Shown piece by piece: positions 30,436 through 40,960 of a stretch of 64,000 bases of DNA. Under the pieces are notes generated by a model that ran no database searches, was not told the origin of the DNA, and worked only from the letters and a program-made list of their open reading frames with translations. A program made the translations under genes and the position numbers. The DNA comes from Spirochaetia bacterium (GTDB taxonomy: Bacteria; Spirochaetota; Spirochaetia; DSM-2461), in NCBI GenBank assembly GCA_963666985.2, contig CAXXIA010000001.1:1408001-1472000 (forward strand), read 5' to 3'. The number at the start of each line of letters is the position of its first letter. Position 1 is the first letter of the stretch.

Positions 30436-31263
30436 TCAGCGAACCTCAATTCTCCAGGAACGGGAAACGATACGGCCGACATCATCCTTAAAACGCAATT
30501 CAAGAACACCTCGCCCCGTATTCAGAAAAAAATCACCCGTAAGGATTCGTCCCGATGAATCGAAAACGGAATCGAAGGACCTTTCTTCGGGCGTTTCCAT
30601 CATTACCCGCCGTCCCTCCTCAACCAAGGATTCAAATCGGAGACCGGCAATACGCTGGCCAACCCAATACAGAGAAATTTCCCTTATCACGGGCGTTCCG
30701 CCGGCCGGCAGGAACGGTTCAACCGAAGCGTTCCACATACCGGAGGAAAGGATTATTCCGTCGCGGATTTCCTGCTCCTCACCCCCGCGAAAAAACGACA
30801 AAGAGGAAACACCCGGAGCCGGAGAACCGCTCCTGGCGGGAAGAGAGGTTAACGGATCGATGATTCGGCCTCTTTCGGTATCGATAATGCCGAATGTCCA
30901 TGTATCGCCGTCGGCATATCCCAGCCAGTCGCCGGCCCGAACCCGGTCGCCCAAATCCGGCCGGCAAGCAATCCCGCGATAGAAAGACCGAAAACCGTCG
31001 GAATGCTCAAGCACGACCGTCCCCGAGCCGGGCACATCCGCGCCGCCCGCTCTTCGGATCGTCTTCCAAATCACTTCCCCATCATCCCAGGCTCCGATGC
31101 GCTGTCCTTCCGCGCGGAATGACAATCCTTGAGAAAATCGATCGTCATCGGGATCGGCCAGAGAACCGACGACCGAATCCGGATTATCCGGCCATTGCCG
31201 GCACAGCGCCGCGGCGGAAACAGCGAGAAAAAACGATATCAGCAGAAAAACTCTTTTCCTCAT
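30436..31263 (-). CDS. Exported degenerate M23/LytM-like protein
   Basis: Signal peptide; QWP, DGEV, GTVVLEHSDGFRSFY, GDRVRAGDWLG and IIDPL follow the M23 layout, but the Zn ligands appear absent. Confidence 0.65.
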   Translation of the reverse strand: MRKRVFLLISFFLAVSAAALCRQWPDNPDSVVGSLADPDDDRFSQGLSFRAEGQRIGAWDDGEVIWKTIRRAGGADVPGSGTVVLEHSDGFRSFYRGIACRPDLGDRVRAGDWLGYADGDTWTFGIIDTERGRIIDPLTSLPARSGSPAPGVSSLSFFRGGEEQEIRDGIILSSGMWNASVEPFLPAGGTPVIREISLYWVGQRIAGLRFESLVEEGRRVMMETPEERSFDSVFDSSGRILTGDFFLNTGRGVLELRFKDDVGRIVSRSWRIEVR

Positions 31264-32306
31264 TGAATAGCCGCCTTGAGCACGCCGAAGCTCTCGGGCC
31301 GAATGATGAAAGTCCTCTCTCCATTCTGACGAATCCCGACGGTATCGTTCGGAAGAGAACCGTTATACATCGTCAGATTCTCCCGGGTCAGTATTTTCAG
31401 AGCGCTTCCATCCAGATTTTTCCCCAGAAGCAAAAGCTCGCCGCCTTCGGCACCGTCGCTCCACGCTTCCGCATCGCCTTCCATCATGAGTTTATCGATA
31501 CTGAAATCATCACAATCGACGGAAGATACGGAGTTTTCCGATTCATAGAGAACTTCTTGATCGCCGCGAACAAAACCGACGCGGACGGCGCGCCTGAAAT
31601 CGGTTCCGGTATCATGATGCGTTACGGGCCGAAAACCGTTCTTTCTTTCCTGCAGAAGAACGAATCTCTGAGGATCAACTCCCGCGACAAGAGCAACCAT
31701 GCTTCCGTCCGAGGATAGGGCCCCCCCGTAAACAGCTTCGATTCCGCTGCCTCCGGGCCTGTAGGAAAGAATAATTTCACCGCTGTCGGTAATAATTTCG
31801 GCCCGGCCGTCCAGAAGCCCGATAAGAGTTCTCTCTCCGACGGCATCAAGAACGGTCAGCGGAGAAAGATATTCACGGCGCCAGAGAACCTCGCCGTTGG
31901 ACGGACGAATTTTTCTCAGGATTCCCGCTCCGTCGTATAAAAAGAGATTGCCGTTCCTGGCAACGGGATACCCCTCCGCGGCCGAACGCGAAAGAATCCG
32001 GTTCTCCCGATCCTTTATTTCCAGTCCGTAAGAGCCGGAATCGGCCAGCCAGTGATCATCCACGGCCATTTTTTCGGAAGAATGAACGAAAACGGCATTC
32101 AGATTCTTATCGACAAAAATCGCGGAATTCCCGCTTTGGAGAGCAAGTTCGACATTATCCGAAGCATCGCTTCCCGCTCCGGCGGATTTAAACGGCGTAA
32201 ATTTCTCGGGAAAAAGAATATACTCGGAGCGTGAGGTGCGGGGAAAAAGAAAAAAATAAACCCCGACGAGAATCAGGCCGATGAGGAAGACACCCCGTTG
32301 TTTCAT
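31260..32306 (-). CDS. Membrane-anchored beta-propeller-like hypothetical protein
   Basis: N-terminal TM; GEVLWRREY (PQQ-like) and SSDGSMVA (WD-like) repeats. Confidence 0.55.
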   Translation of the reverse strand: MKQRGVFLIGLILVGVYFFLFPRTSRSEYILFPEKFTPFKSAGAGSDASDNVELALQSGNSAIFVDKNLNAVFVHSSEKMAVDDHWLADSGSYGLEIKDRENRILSRSAAEGYPVARNGNLFLYDGAGILRKIRPSNGEVLWRREYLSPLTVLDAVGERTLIGLLDGRAEIITDSGEIILSYRPGGSGIEAVYGGALSSDGSMVALVAGVDPQRFVLLQERKNGFRPVTHHDTGTDFRRAVRVGFVRGDQEVLYESENSVSSVDCDDFSIDKLMMEGDAEAWSDGAEGGELLLLGKNLDGSALKILTRENLTMYNGSLPNDTVGIRQNGERTFIIRPESFGVLKAAIQ

Positions 32307-32386
32307 ACTCGGCCGGAGGCCTCCTCTGGTATGGTATTTCCTCATATACGATACATGATGAAGAGGCAAATGGAAAGGAGCGGTTT

Positions 32387-32791
32387 ATGGATACCGATGT
32401 ATTAATGAAAAAAGCGCGGGAAGCCGCAAAGAACGCTTATGCGCCGTATTCGAAATTCCGCGTCGGCGCGGCGCTTGCGTTAAGCGACGGAACCGTCATT
32501 ACCGGAGCCAACATTGAAAACAGATCGTTCGGTCTGTCCAACTGCGCCGAACGATCCGCCATCTTCACCGCCGTATCCCAAGGCAGGAAAGACATCGCCG
32601 GCATAGCCGTCGCCGGTCCCGACGCCACCGAGCCCCTCTCGCCCTGCGGAGCCTGCCGACAGGTTATCGCGGAATTTTGTCCTCCGGAAACGCCGATTTT
32701 TTTTGACGACGCCAAAGGCGGATGGGTTCAATCGTCGGTCAAGGAACTTCTGCCCATGGATGCTCTCCAGGGATTCGCGGAGAAGATTTAA
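32387..32791 (+). CDS. cdd: Cytidine deaminase
   Basis: AYAPYSKFRVGAA, CAERSA, PCGACRQ. Confidence 0.96.
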   Translation: MDTDVLMKKAREAAKNAYAPYSKFRVGAALALSDGTVITGANIENRSFGLSNCAERSAIFTAVSQGRKDIAGIAVAGPDATEPLSPCGACRQVIAEFCPPETPIFFDDAKGGWVQSSVKELLPMDALQGFAEKI

Positions 32792-32802
32792 TCCGAAAAA
32801 GA

Positions 32803-33639
32803 TTATTCAGCCGTCCCGTTGGTCAAGCGGCGCATTCGGGAAGCCTTTTCACTGTTTTTATGATCGGTTTCCATTTTCTCGCGCCAGATGTCGATTTTTC
32901 GCTTGAGTCCCATGGCCTCGTTCTGCCTTCCGAGCAGGAGGGACAAACGCTGAAGAGCGCCCAAATAACTGATGGCCACCCTGAAATCGTCCATTCGGTT
33001 TGTCGAGATTTCATACTTGAGCCTGTAATTGTCCGCCGCGCCCTGAAGCAGCCTTCTCACGAGATTGAAATACTCGATGCGTTCTCTAAATCCTTCGACC
33101 CTGGGATCCATGGCCTGAAGGAGCGTTTTAAGATTCAGACAATTCTTGGCGACCGCCGACAGCCTGGCTTCCAGCTCCACGATGGACCATTTCCACCGGC
33201 TGTTTTCACCGAAGCTGTCGCGAACCATGGAAATGGAGAAGCCGGTCTTCCGAACAAGGGCGTATCGCTGCATTTCCGGAAAAGACGCCGTACCCGCCAG
33301 AGCCTCCTCGTAGTCGCCGAAGGGGGTGTCCACCAAGGGTGTAAAGACCTTTTCAAGCTGGATAACGGCTTTATAGCACGTTTTTCTGGCATCGTTGAGA
33401 GCGTTTTCGTTTTTCACGCCGAGCAGAGAGACCGAAAGAGAATTCATAACCAGGTAATATGAAATCGAAATAAGGTTGTCTTCCGCCAGGCTGAGCCTTT
33501 TATAGGACTCACCGGCATCGCTGCCCCTTAAAATAGCTTCGATTCGCACCTCTTTATCGGCCAGCTCTCCTATGCTTTTTTTATAGGGAGCAATATGCTC
33601 GAAGTATTTTTTTCTTGCTTCTTCGTTAACCTTCGCCAC
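32803..33639 (-). CDS. Helical hypothetical protein abutting recN
   Basis: 278-aa ORF beginning immediately after the recN stop; no family recognised. Confidence 0.7.
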   Translation of the reverse strand: MAKVNEEARKKYFEHIAPYKKSIGELADKEVRIEAILRGSDAGESYKRLSLAEDNLISISYYLVMNSLSVSLLGVKNENALNDARKTCYKAVIQLEKVFTPLVDTPFGDYEEALAGTASFPEMQRYALVRKTGFSISMVRDSFGENSRWKWSIVELEARLSAVAKNCLNLKTLLQAMDPRVEGFRERIEYFNLVRRLLQGAADNYRLKYEISTNRMDDFRVAISYLGALQRLSLLLGRQNEAMGLKRKIDIWREKMETDHKNSEKASRMRRLTNGTAE

Positions 33640-35346
33640 TCACCTAGCCCGTCGCACGGCATTGCCGCGTTCTTCCAACAGCCTCGCCGCATGATCGAGG
33701 GAAGCCGCGTCCTCTTTATCTCCGGCAAGCATCCGGGCCACTTCGCGGATTCGATCGGCACCCTCGACCTTCCGGACTTCCGTTACCGTCCGTCCGTTGT
33801 CCTCATTTTTGTCGACTTGTAGGTGATTATCGGCGAAGACGGCGATGGACGCAAGATGGGTTATGCAAAAGACTTGCTTGCGGGAGGAAAGAATATGAAG
33901 ATGTTCCCCCACCGAACGGGCCACTTCCCCGCCGATTCCCGTATCCACCTCATCGAAAATCATGGTTCCCACCGGATCGGATTCACTGAGAACACTCTTC
34001 ACGGCCAGCATAACACGGGAAAGTTCACCGCCTGAGGCCACCGACTTCAGCGGCTTGGGCGCCTCGCCCCGGTTGGCGGATAAAAGAAATTCAACGTCAT
34101 CCGAACCGTAAGGGCCGATAACGTTCTTCCCCGATTCGTTCTTTTTCCCCTCAAGTTCCACCGAAAATCGCGCATCGGCCATTCCGAGAGACCTCAGATG
34201 CGTTTCCGTTTTCTCACGAAGTTTTGAAGCTGCGTTCTTGCGAACGCTGCTGATCTGCGAAGCTTCATCGATTATTCGTTTCTGAAGATCGTTCCGCTTT
34301 GTCTGAAGCCGACGCCTCTCGTCATCCCGATCTTCATAACTCTCAAGCCGTCCGCGGGAATCGTCCGCGTAAGAGAGAAGATCGGAAATCTCCGCCGCTC
34401 CGTATTTTTTCTCCAGAAAAGCGATTCTGGCCAATCTCTCGTCAACGGCTTCAAGCTCCGCCGGATCGAAATCCGCCTCATCCCGCTTATGGCGCAGCTG
34501 ATCGACGATATCCTCAAGTTCAAAGAAAGCCGATTCAAAACGTTCGAAAAGAGGAGCCGCGTCTCCGTCGACGGCGGCGATACGGCCGATGCGTTCCTTG
34601 GCCGTCCGCAGCAGAGATAAAGCGCCGTCGCGGGATTCGGCCGTCGCATCCAGGGCTCTCTCAAGATCGGAAGCGATTTCTTCATGGCGCGCGAGGATTC
34701 TCTGCCTGCCTGTAAGCTCCTCTTCTTCATCTTCCTTCAGATCCGCGGCATCGATTTCATCCACGGCGAACCTCAGAAACTCGGCTTCCCGAGCCATCTG
34801 GCCTTCGGCCCGATCGAGTTCGTCAAGAGCGTCCTTTGTTTCGGACATTTCGGAGAACATCGCTGTAAAAGCCGCGACCCGCTCCTCCAAACCGGCGTAA
34901 CGATCCAAAAGCTTCCGATGCGTCGAAACCCGAAAAAGAGACTGATGCTCATGCTGTCCATGGATATCCACAAGGATATCCGAAAGCTCCGATAAGGCGG
35001 CCCGCGTAACCGGGACGGCCTGAATCCCGGTGGTTCCGCGTCCGTTGGTTTTGAGGGTTCGATGGATAAGGAACGTCCCGTCTTCGGGTTCGATACCGTA
35101 TTTTTCAATCCACTCGTCCACTTCGGGGCCCGGTTCAACCCGCAATAAAGCGGTTACTTCCGCTTCATCGGCACCCGATCGGATGTTCTCGGCGTTTCCC
35201 TTCCCGCCGAGGGCCAGCGAAAGGGCGTCTATGAGGATTGATTTACCGGCGCCCGTTTCTCCGGAAAGGACATTGAAGCCGTCTTCAAAATCCAGGGTAA
35301 CATTCCGGATAAGCGCGTAATTTTTAATGGTAAGCCTTTCAAGCAT
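33640..35346 (-). CDS. recN: DNA repair protein RecN
   Basis: GETGAGKS, IHGQHEH, ASGGELSR, FDEVDTGIGG. Confidence 0.97.
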   Translation of the reverse strand: MLERLTIKNYALIRNVTLDFEDGFNVLSGETGAGKSILIDALSLALGGKGNAENIRSGADEAEVTALLRVEPGPEVDEWIEKYGIEPEDGTFLIHRTLKTNGRGTTGIQAVPVTRAALSELSDILVDIHGQHEHQSLFRVSTHRKLLDRYAGLEERVAAFTAMFSEMSETKDALDELDRAEGQMAREAEFLRFAVDEIDAADLKEDEEEELTGRQRILARHEEIASDLERALDATAESRDGALSLLRTAKERIGRIAAVDGDAAPLFERFESAFFELEDIVDQLRHKRDEADFDPAELEAVDERLARIAFLEKKYGAAEISDLLSYADDSRGRLESYEDRDDERRRLQTKRNDLQKRIIDEASQISSVRKNAASKLREKTETHLRSLGMADARFSVELEGKKNESGKNVIGPYGSDDVEFLLSANRGEAPKPLKSVASGGELSRVMLAVKSVLSESDPVGTMIFDEVDTGIGGEVARSVGEHLHILSSRKQVFCITHLASIAVFADNHLQVDKNEDNGRTVTEVRKVEGADRIREVARMLAGDKEDAASLDHAARLLEERGNAVRRAR

Positions 35347-36184
35347 GGGGTCCCCCGGACCAGCCGAGTTTGGAACGAACCACTTCGTAGAAAACCCTTT
35401 TGTCCGATTTTATCACTTTCGCGCCGGAAGGACGTCCCTTAATCACCACCAAATCCCTTTCGGCAAGAGGAAACGATTCTTGTCCGTCCACGGTTAAAAG
35501 CACGTCGGCCCGCTGATTTTCTTCAACGCGGATAATCGTTACATCGGTTTCCGGGAGAACGATGGGCCTCCATGAAAGGGAAAACGGACATATGGGAGTA
35601 AGAACCAAAGCCTTCATCGGGGGAACGAGAATGGGACCGCCCGCGGCCATGGAATACGCCGTGGAACCGGTGGCCGTGGAGAGGATCAATCCGTCGCCGC
35701 GAAAACGACCGGCTTCCACGCCTCCGATATTCAGCGAAAGCCTGATGATCTTACTAATCCCGCCGGCGCTGACGACCGCCTCATTTATCGCCTGATACAA
35801 AGCGACTTCCTCGCGTCCGCGGATAATGGAGATATCCAGAATCGTCCGCTCTTCCACTTGAAGACGGCCGTCGAACCATGCCTCCAAGGCCTCCGGCCAT
35901 TCTTCCTGGGTTACCTCCGTGATAAAACCGAAGGTTCCCAGATGCACAGGAAGAATGGGTACGGGTCTTGAGGCCAGAAGCCTGGCGCAGGAAAGAAACG
36001 TTCCGTCTCCTCCGAGCGACACGGCGAAATCCACCTGCGGGATTTCGCCGCCGGCACGGCATCGATGAGAATCGCAGGAATCGACCCGAAAATCCTTTTT
36101 TTCGAACCATGCGCACATATCTTGGAAAACAGTCGCCGCCGACTCTTTCGCCGGATTATAGACAATAAGCGTTTTCCCTTTCAT
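35339..36184 (-). CDS. nadK: NAD kinase
   Basis: GGDGTFL, NE, GDGLILSTATGSTAYSMAAGGP. Confidence 0.96.
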   Translation of the reverse strand: MKGKTLIVYNPAKESAATVFQDMCAWFEKKDFRVDSCDSHRCRAGGEIPQVDFAVSLGGDGTFLSCARLLASRPVPILPVHLGTFGFITEVTQEEWPEALEAWFDGRLQVEERTILDISIIRGREEVALYQAINEAVVSAGGISKIIRLSLNIGGVEAGRFRGDGLILSTATGSTAYSMAAGGPILVPPMKALVLTPICPFSLSWRPIVLPETDVTIIRVEENQRADVLLTVDGQESFPLAERDLVVIKGRPSGAKVIKSDKRVFYEVVRSKLGWSGGPHA

Positions 36185-36234
36185 CGCAGCTTCCTTTTAC
36201 CCGATTCCGGCAGTCCCCGCCGTATGATCTCTTA

Positions 36235-37257
36235 CTAGGGCAGCGTTGAGAGTACTTTAGAAACAAGCTGGACGTTCTTCTTTCCAAGCGTGGGATAAAG
36301 GGGAAAAAGCAATGTGCTCATCAGCAGCTTTTTCGCGCAGGGGCAGCCGATATCCGCTTCGGTGTCCATTCGTCCGGCAAAGGCCGGGAGTGTTTCCACT
36401 CCCTTCTTCCTGGCATATTTTCTCACATCGTTCATTCCCGAAGTAAGAACAACAGGAAACGAATATGACACGGATCGGGAGTCCTCGCCTTCGGCTTCGG
36501 AAAACGTTCGGTGCCGGCCCTTTAAAACGGATTGGCGAAAAAAATCGGCGATCAGATCCCTCGATTCCAAAGCCTGCGGATATTCCCGCCACTGCACAAG
36601 TCCCAGAGAAGCATTCAAATCCGGCATAAAAGCATCGGCGCCAACCGTATCCAGGGCTTCTTTAAGACGGGATAAAGCCTCTTTATCCGAAGCGAGCACC
36701 AAAGAACCGCCGCCCGCGGTCGCTATTCCTTCCGGCTCCATGGGCAGAAGAACATATTTCCCGAAAGAACCGATTTCAGCCCCTTCAAATCGCGCACCCA
36801 GCGCCTCTCCCGCGTCAATAATCAGCGGCAGACCTAATTCGGCCAGTTCGCCAAAGGCCGGAACTCTTCCCAAAGGTGCATGAACAAACACGGCCTTGGT
36901 GTGTTCATCCACTCTTTCGGCGACGGATTCGGGGTTCAGGCAGGCATCCTCCTCCCGAACATCCGCATAGACCGGTTCGATGCCCATAACCCTGAATACG
37001 AGATGATACGCGGCCGGGGCCAGAGGAGAAAGAACGGCTTTATCGCCCCGTTCCAGTCCCATCGCCCGAATAATCATCTCGATGGAGCGGGCGTATTCCC
37101 TCATCGCGACGCCGCCTTCCAGATTGAAATCCGCGGCGGCGACGGCCACAAGATCTTCGGAGATGGCCGCCGGACCGATGATATCGGTTACCAAACATGA
37201 GAGGACCGAATGCATATCACGCCGACGGATCGAAGGCTTGAAGACTGGTATGGACAT
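36235..37257 (-). CDS. DegT/DnrJ/EryC1/StrS-fold protein, apparently lacking the PLP lysine
   Basis: IPVFKPSI, PVYADV, IIDAGEALGA and LLFPLYPTL follow the DegT layout; the SFxxxK motif is replaced by PMEPEG. Confidence 0.8.
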   Translation of the reverse strand: MSIPVFKPSIRRRDMHSVLSCLVTDIIGPAAISEDLVAVAAADFNLEGGVAMREYARSIEMIIRAMGLERGDKAVLSPLAPAAYHLVFRVMGIEPVYADVREEDACLNPESVAERVDEHTKAVFVHAPLGRVPAFGELAELGLPLIIDAGEALGARFEGAEIGSFGKYVLLPMEPEGIATAGGGSLVLASDKEALSRLKEALDTVGADAFMPDLNASLGLVQWREYPQALESRDLIADFFRQSVLKGRHRTFSEAEGEDSRSVSYSFPVVLTSGMNDVRKYARKKGVETLPAFAGRMDTEADIGCPCAKKLLMSTLLFPLYPTLGKKNVQLVSKVLSTLP

Positions 37258-37265
37258 AAGCGGCT

Positions 37266-37730
37266 TTAAGCGTACTGGCTGATTTGTTTCAGTTCTTCCG
37301 GGTCAAAAAGACGGAGGGAATCCAAGATGATAAGATATCCTTCTTTCTGATGCACAACGCCTTGGATATACTCGGCGCCGATGCCCGAAATCATCTGCGG
37401 AGGAGGCTGTATTTCATCCGTTTCTATCGTTACCACGCGAAGAATTTTATCGATGATAATCCCCAGCTGCATCTCACCGATGGAAAGAATAAGAAGCGAA
37501 TCTTCCTCGGTTAATTCCGGTCGCTGAAGATGAAATCTCTTATGGAGGCTGATGATGGGAATGATATCGCCTCTCAAATTAAAAATACCTTCTACGTAGG
37601 GCGGCGCGTTGGGAATGCTTCGGATTTCCTCGAAATCCACGATTTCCTTGACTTCCATTATATCAATGCCGTATTTCTCGGCGCCCAGCTGAAAAGTGAC
37701 AAGCTGAAAAGAAGTGTCCGATCCGGCCAT
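37266..37730 (-). CDS. cheW: Chemotaxis coupling protein CheW
   Basis: QLVTFQL..YGIDI..VKEI, GIFNLRGDIIPII. Confidence 0.95.
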   Translation of the reverse strand: MAGSDTSFQLVTFQLGAEKYGIDIMEVKEIVDFEEIRSIPNAPPYVEGIFNLRGDIIPIISLHKRFHLQRPELTEEDSLLILSIGEMQLGIIIDKILRVVTIETDEIQPPPQMISGIGAEYIQGVVHQKEGYLIILDSLRLFDPEELKQISQYA

Positions 37731-38061
37731 AATTCCTCCAACACGATGCCGGGGCGCAATAACATCTACCCCTGATTCATTTTAAACGTAACGGTGCCGG
37801 AAAGCAACTCACCGAAGTGAATCCAATCCCGCGCCGCGCTTTTCCCGAACGGTACGCAATTGATTTCCAAAATCGAAAGAAGAATCAAGAGGTTCACCGC
37901 GATTTGCCTCCGATCGGAGGTTCTGAAAATCCGGATTACCGCCTGTTCGATCATCCCGGAGATTCCGAACAACAAATCATCGGCCGGTCTGAAAAAATCG
38001 ATTTTTTTAGACTTGTCCACCGGGCTCGGAGTGATGATTATGGGGATGATGAGGAACGGTC

Positions 38062-39465
38062 ATGAGTACAGAGAACAAAATCATCGTAGGCAGTGAAGAA
38101 TGGTGCAAGCTGCCTCAGCTCGGAATCCCGGCATTGAAGTGCCGCATCGATTCGGGAGCCCGTACGTCGAGTCTCCATGCTTTCAATATTCAGCCGTTCC
38201 ATAGAGACGGGAATCCCTGGATTGCCTTTGAGGTTCATCCGATTCAAGCCGATCGCCGGACATCGGTGCATTGCGAATCGGAAGTGTCCGATCGCCGGAC
38301 GGTAAAGAGTTCCAACGGACTCTCGGAGCGCCGCTACGTTATTCGATCGGCAATCTCCTTGGGCGGCACCGAATGGGACATCGAGATCACTCTGACCAAC
38401 CGAATCAGCATGGGCTACAGAATGCTGATCGGCAGAGAGGCCATGAAAGGGCGGATGCTGGTGGATCCCGAGGCCTGCTGCCAGCTGGGAGAACCGAATA
38501 AAGAAGAACTTATGCGTCTTTATCGGTCCCTGGAATCAAAAAACGAGGGACTCAACATCGCCCTTTTGGCGACCAATCCCGATCTCTACAGCAATCGGCG
38601 CCTGATGGAAGCCGGAGAAGAGAGAGGACATCGGATGAGATTCCTCTCCATCAATCAGTGCTACATCCGGCTGGACGCTCATACGCCGGAAATTCATTAT
38701 CGGGGAGGAAGACTGCTGAACGACCTTCATGCCGTGATTCCCCGAATCCGCCCCAGCGCAACGTTCTACGGCTGCGCCTTAACAAGACAATTCGAGAGCC
38801 TGGGAGTGTACACGCTCAACAGATCCTCGGCCATCAGCCAATCCCGGGATAAACTTTTTTCTCTTCAGCTCCTCTTGCAGGGAGGTCTGAACATTCCCGT
38901 TACCGGTTTCGCCAATTCCCCCCACGATACCGAAGATCTTATCGAGATGGTCGGCGGAGCGCCCCTGATCGTAAAGCTTTTGGAAGGCACTCAAGGCAGG
39001 GGCGTTGTACTGGCGGAAACAAGAAAGGCTTCCGACAGCGTTATCAACGCCTTTAAAAGTCTTCGGGCCAATCTTTTGGTACAAGAATTCATCAAGGAGG
39101 CCAAAGGAAGGGATCTGCGGCTGCTGGTTATCGACGGAAAAGTGGTGGCCGCGATGCAAAGGGAGGCGGCACCCGGTGAATTCAGAGCCAATATCCATCG
39201 CGGAGGATCGGCCGCGGCCGTAAAACCCACCAAGGAAGAACGCCGAATGGCGATAAAGGCCGCGCGGGTTCTGGGGTTAAAGGTCGCGGGAGTGGACATT
39301 ATTCGCTCGGAGAGGGGGCCGCTCCTGTTGGAAGTAAACTCCTCTCCGGGGCTGGAAGGCATCGAAACGGCGACGGGAAAGGATATCGCCGACCTTATGA
39401 TCGAGGCGATTGAACGAAAATTGGCATGGAAGCTTCCCGCGTCGGACGAAATCGATCTCTCCTGA
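38062..39465 (+). CDS. rimK: Fusion: retropepsin-like protease (RimB-type) + RimK ATP-grasp glutamate ligase
   Basis: N-terminal [11 protein letters not shown] and [14 protein letters not shown]-terminal RimK motifs [35 protein letters not shown]. Confidence 0.9.
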   Translation: MSTENKIIVGSEEWCKLPQLGIPALKCRIDSGARTSSLHAFNIQPFHRDGNPWIAFEVHPIQADRRTSVHCESEVSDRRTVKSSNGLSERRYVIRSAISLGGTEWDIEITLTNRISMGYRMLIGREAMKGRMLVDPEACCQLGEPNKEELMRLYRSLESKNEGLNIALLATNPDLYSNRRLMEAGEERGHRMRFLSINQCYIRLDAHTPEIHYRGGRLLNDLHAVIPRIRPSATFYGCALTRQFESLGVYTLNRSSAISQSRDKLFSLQLLLQGGLNIPVTGFANSPHDTEDLIEMVGGAPLIVKLLEGTQGRGVVLAETRKASDSVINAFKSLRANLLVQEFIKEAKGRDLRLLVIDGKVVAAMQREAAPGEFRANIHRGGSAAAVKPTKEERRMAIKAARVLGLKVAGVDIIRSERGPLLLEVNSSPGLEGIETATGKDIADLMIEAIERKLAWKLPASDEIDLS

Positions 39466-39532
39466 GGAAGGATAAAACGCCCGAGAGGAATCCGGGAGGC
39501 AATCCATCGGCTCCTGGACTATACTATGGTTC

Positions 39533-40960
39533 ATGAAACGAGAAATCGACTTCGCCAGGACCAAAATCATCGGAACACTGGGACCGGCCTCGGCCGACCC
39601 GGAGATTTTAGGCCGCATGATCGACGCGGGACTCGACGTGGTCAGACTCAATTGCTCCCATTCAAGTCCTGAAGATCTGGAAAAACTCATCGCCGTCGTC
39701 GAGAAAGCCTCCGAAATCCGCGACACGCCGATTTCCATACTCGCGGATCTCGGCGGGCCTAAAATCCGCCTTGCCGCTCTTGCGCACGAGATTCCCGTAT
39801 CCGCGGGAGAAGAAATAACCCTAACCTCCGATCCGGATTATGCCGGTGAAGATAAAATCCGTGCGGGATATCCGCAGCTCGCTTCGGATATAAAGAAAGG
39901 AAACCGCATTCTCATCGACGACGGTCTGATTCAATTGGAAGCCGTAGAAGTCACTCCTCCGGACATCCGATGCCGGGTGCTGAACGACGGCGTTCTCAAA
40001 TCACGCAAAGGCATCAACCTTCCCGGAGTGGATATCAGCATTTCCTGCCTGACCGAGAAAGATCGGACGGACATCGACTACCTGGTAACGAAGCCCATCG
40101 ATTACATCGCCCTTTCCTTTGTGCGTTCGGCAAACGACATTCGCGAACTGAAAAATCTTTTGGAATCCAAAGGACGGCGTATTCCCATCGTCGCGAAAAT
40201 CGAAAAACCCGAAGCGGTTGAAGATTTGGAAGGAATTATCGAAGAAACCGACATCGTGATGGTGGCCCGGGGTGATTTGGGCGTGGAAACACCCGCCGAA
40301 AGAGTCCCCTTGATCCAGAAGCGCATCATCGCCGAATGCAACCGGAAGAACAAACCGGTTATCACGGCCACGCAGATGCTTGAATCGATGATTCTTAATC
40401 CGCGTCCGACGCGTGCCGAGGCCTCCGATGTGGCCAACGCCGTTCTCGACGGCACCGATGCGGTTATGCTCTCCGGCGAAACTTCGGTGGGGAAATATCC
40501 CGTACAGGCGGTTGCCATGATGGACGGAATCGTCAGAGCCGCGGAAAACAATCGGGGCGAAACAGGAGCTTTGCCTCTGCGGCGCCGCAGAGGCAAAATG
40601 AGCTACGCCGAATCCATCTGTCATGCGGCCTGCGTTATGGCCGAAGAAAACAGCGCCCGGGTGATTATCTGCTTAACCCTTTCGGGAAGTACGGCTCTGC
40701 TCCTCTCAAGATTCCGATCCCGGGTTCCCATCATCGCCTATGCCGAGGATATAAAAGTCCTTCGATACCTCAATATTGTCTGGGGCGTGCAGGGCGAACT
40801 GATCGACGAGGTGGCCGATACCGACGCCACTTTGGAAAGAGCGGTGAAACTGGCCAAAAGGGACGGTTATATCAAAGACGGCGACACCGTTGTTTTTACG
40901 GCCGGGATTCCTCTGGTGGAAAGCCGGCATACGAACATGGTGAAAATCCAGAAAGTCTGA
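39533..40960 (+). CDS. pyk: Pyruvate kinase
   Basis: RTKIIGTLGPAS, AKIE, MVARGDLGVE, ATQMLESM, MLSGET. Confidence 0.97.
   Translation: MKREIDFARTKIIGTLGPASADPEILGRMIDAGLDVVRLNCSHSSPEDLEKLIAVVEKASEIRDTPISILADLGGPKIRLAALAHEIPVSAGEEITLTSDPDYAGEDKIRAGYPQLASDIKKGNRILIDDGLIQLEAVEVTPPDIRCRVLNDGVLKSRKGINLPGVDISISCLTEKDRTDIDYLVTKPIDYIALSFVRSANDIRELKNLLESKGRRIPIVAKIEKPEAVEDLEGIIEETDIVMVARGDLGVETPAERVPLIQKRIIAECNRKNKPVITATQMLESMILNPRPTRAEASDVANAVLDGTDAVMLSGETSVGKYPVQAVAMMDGIVRAAENNRGETGALPLRRRRGKMSYAESICHAACVMAEENSARVIICLTLSGSTALLLSRFRSRVPIIAYAEDIKVLRYLNIVWGVQGELIDEVADTDATLERAVKLAKRDGYIKDGDTVVFTAGIPLVESRHTNMVKIQKV

Noticed and set aside
37766..38065. Short ORFs in the cheW-rimK divergent spacer
   Set aside because: No RBS or motif, and the ORFs overlap each other on both strands; more likely promoter DNA.
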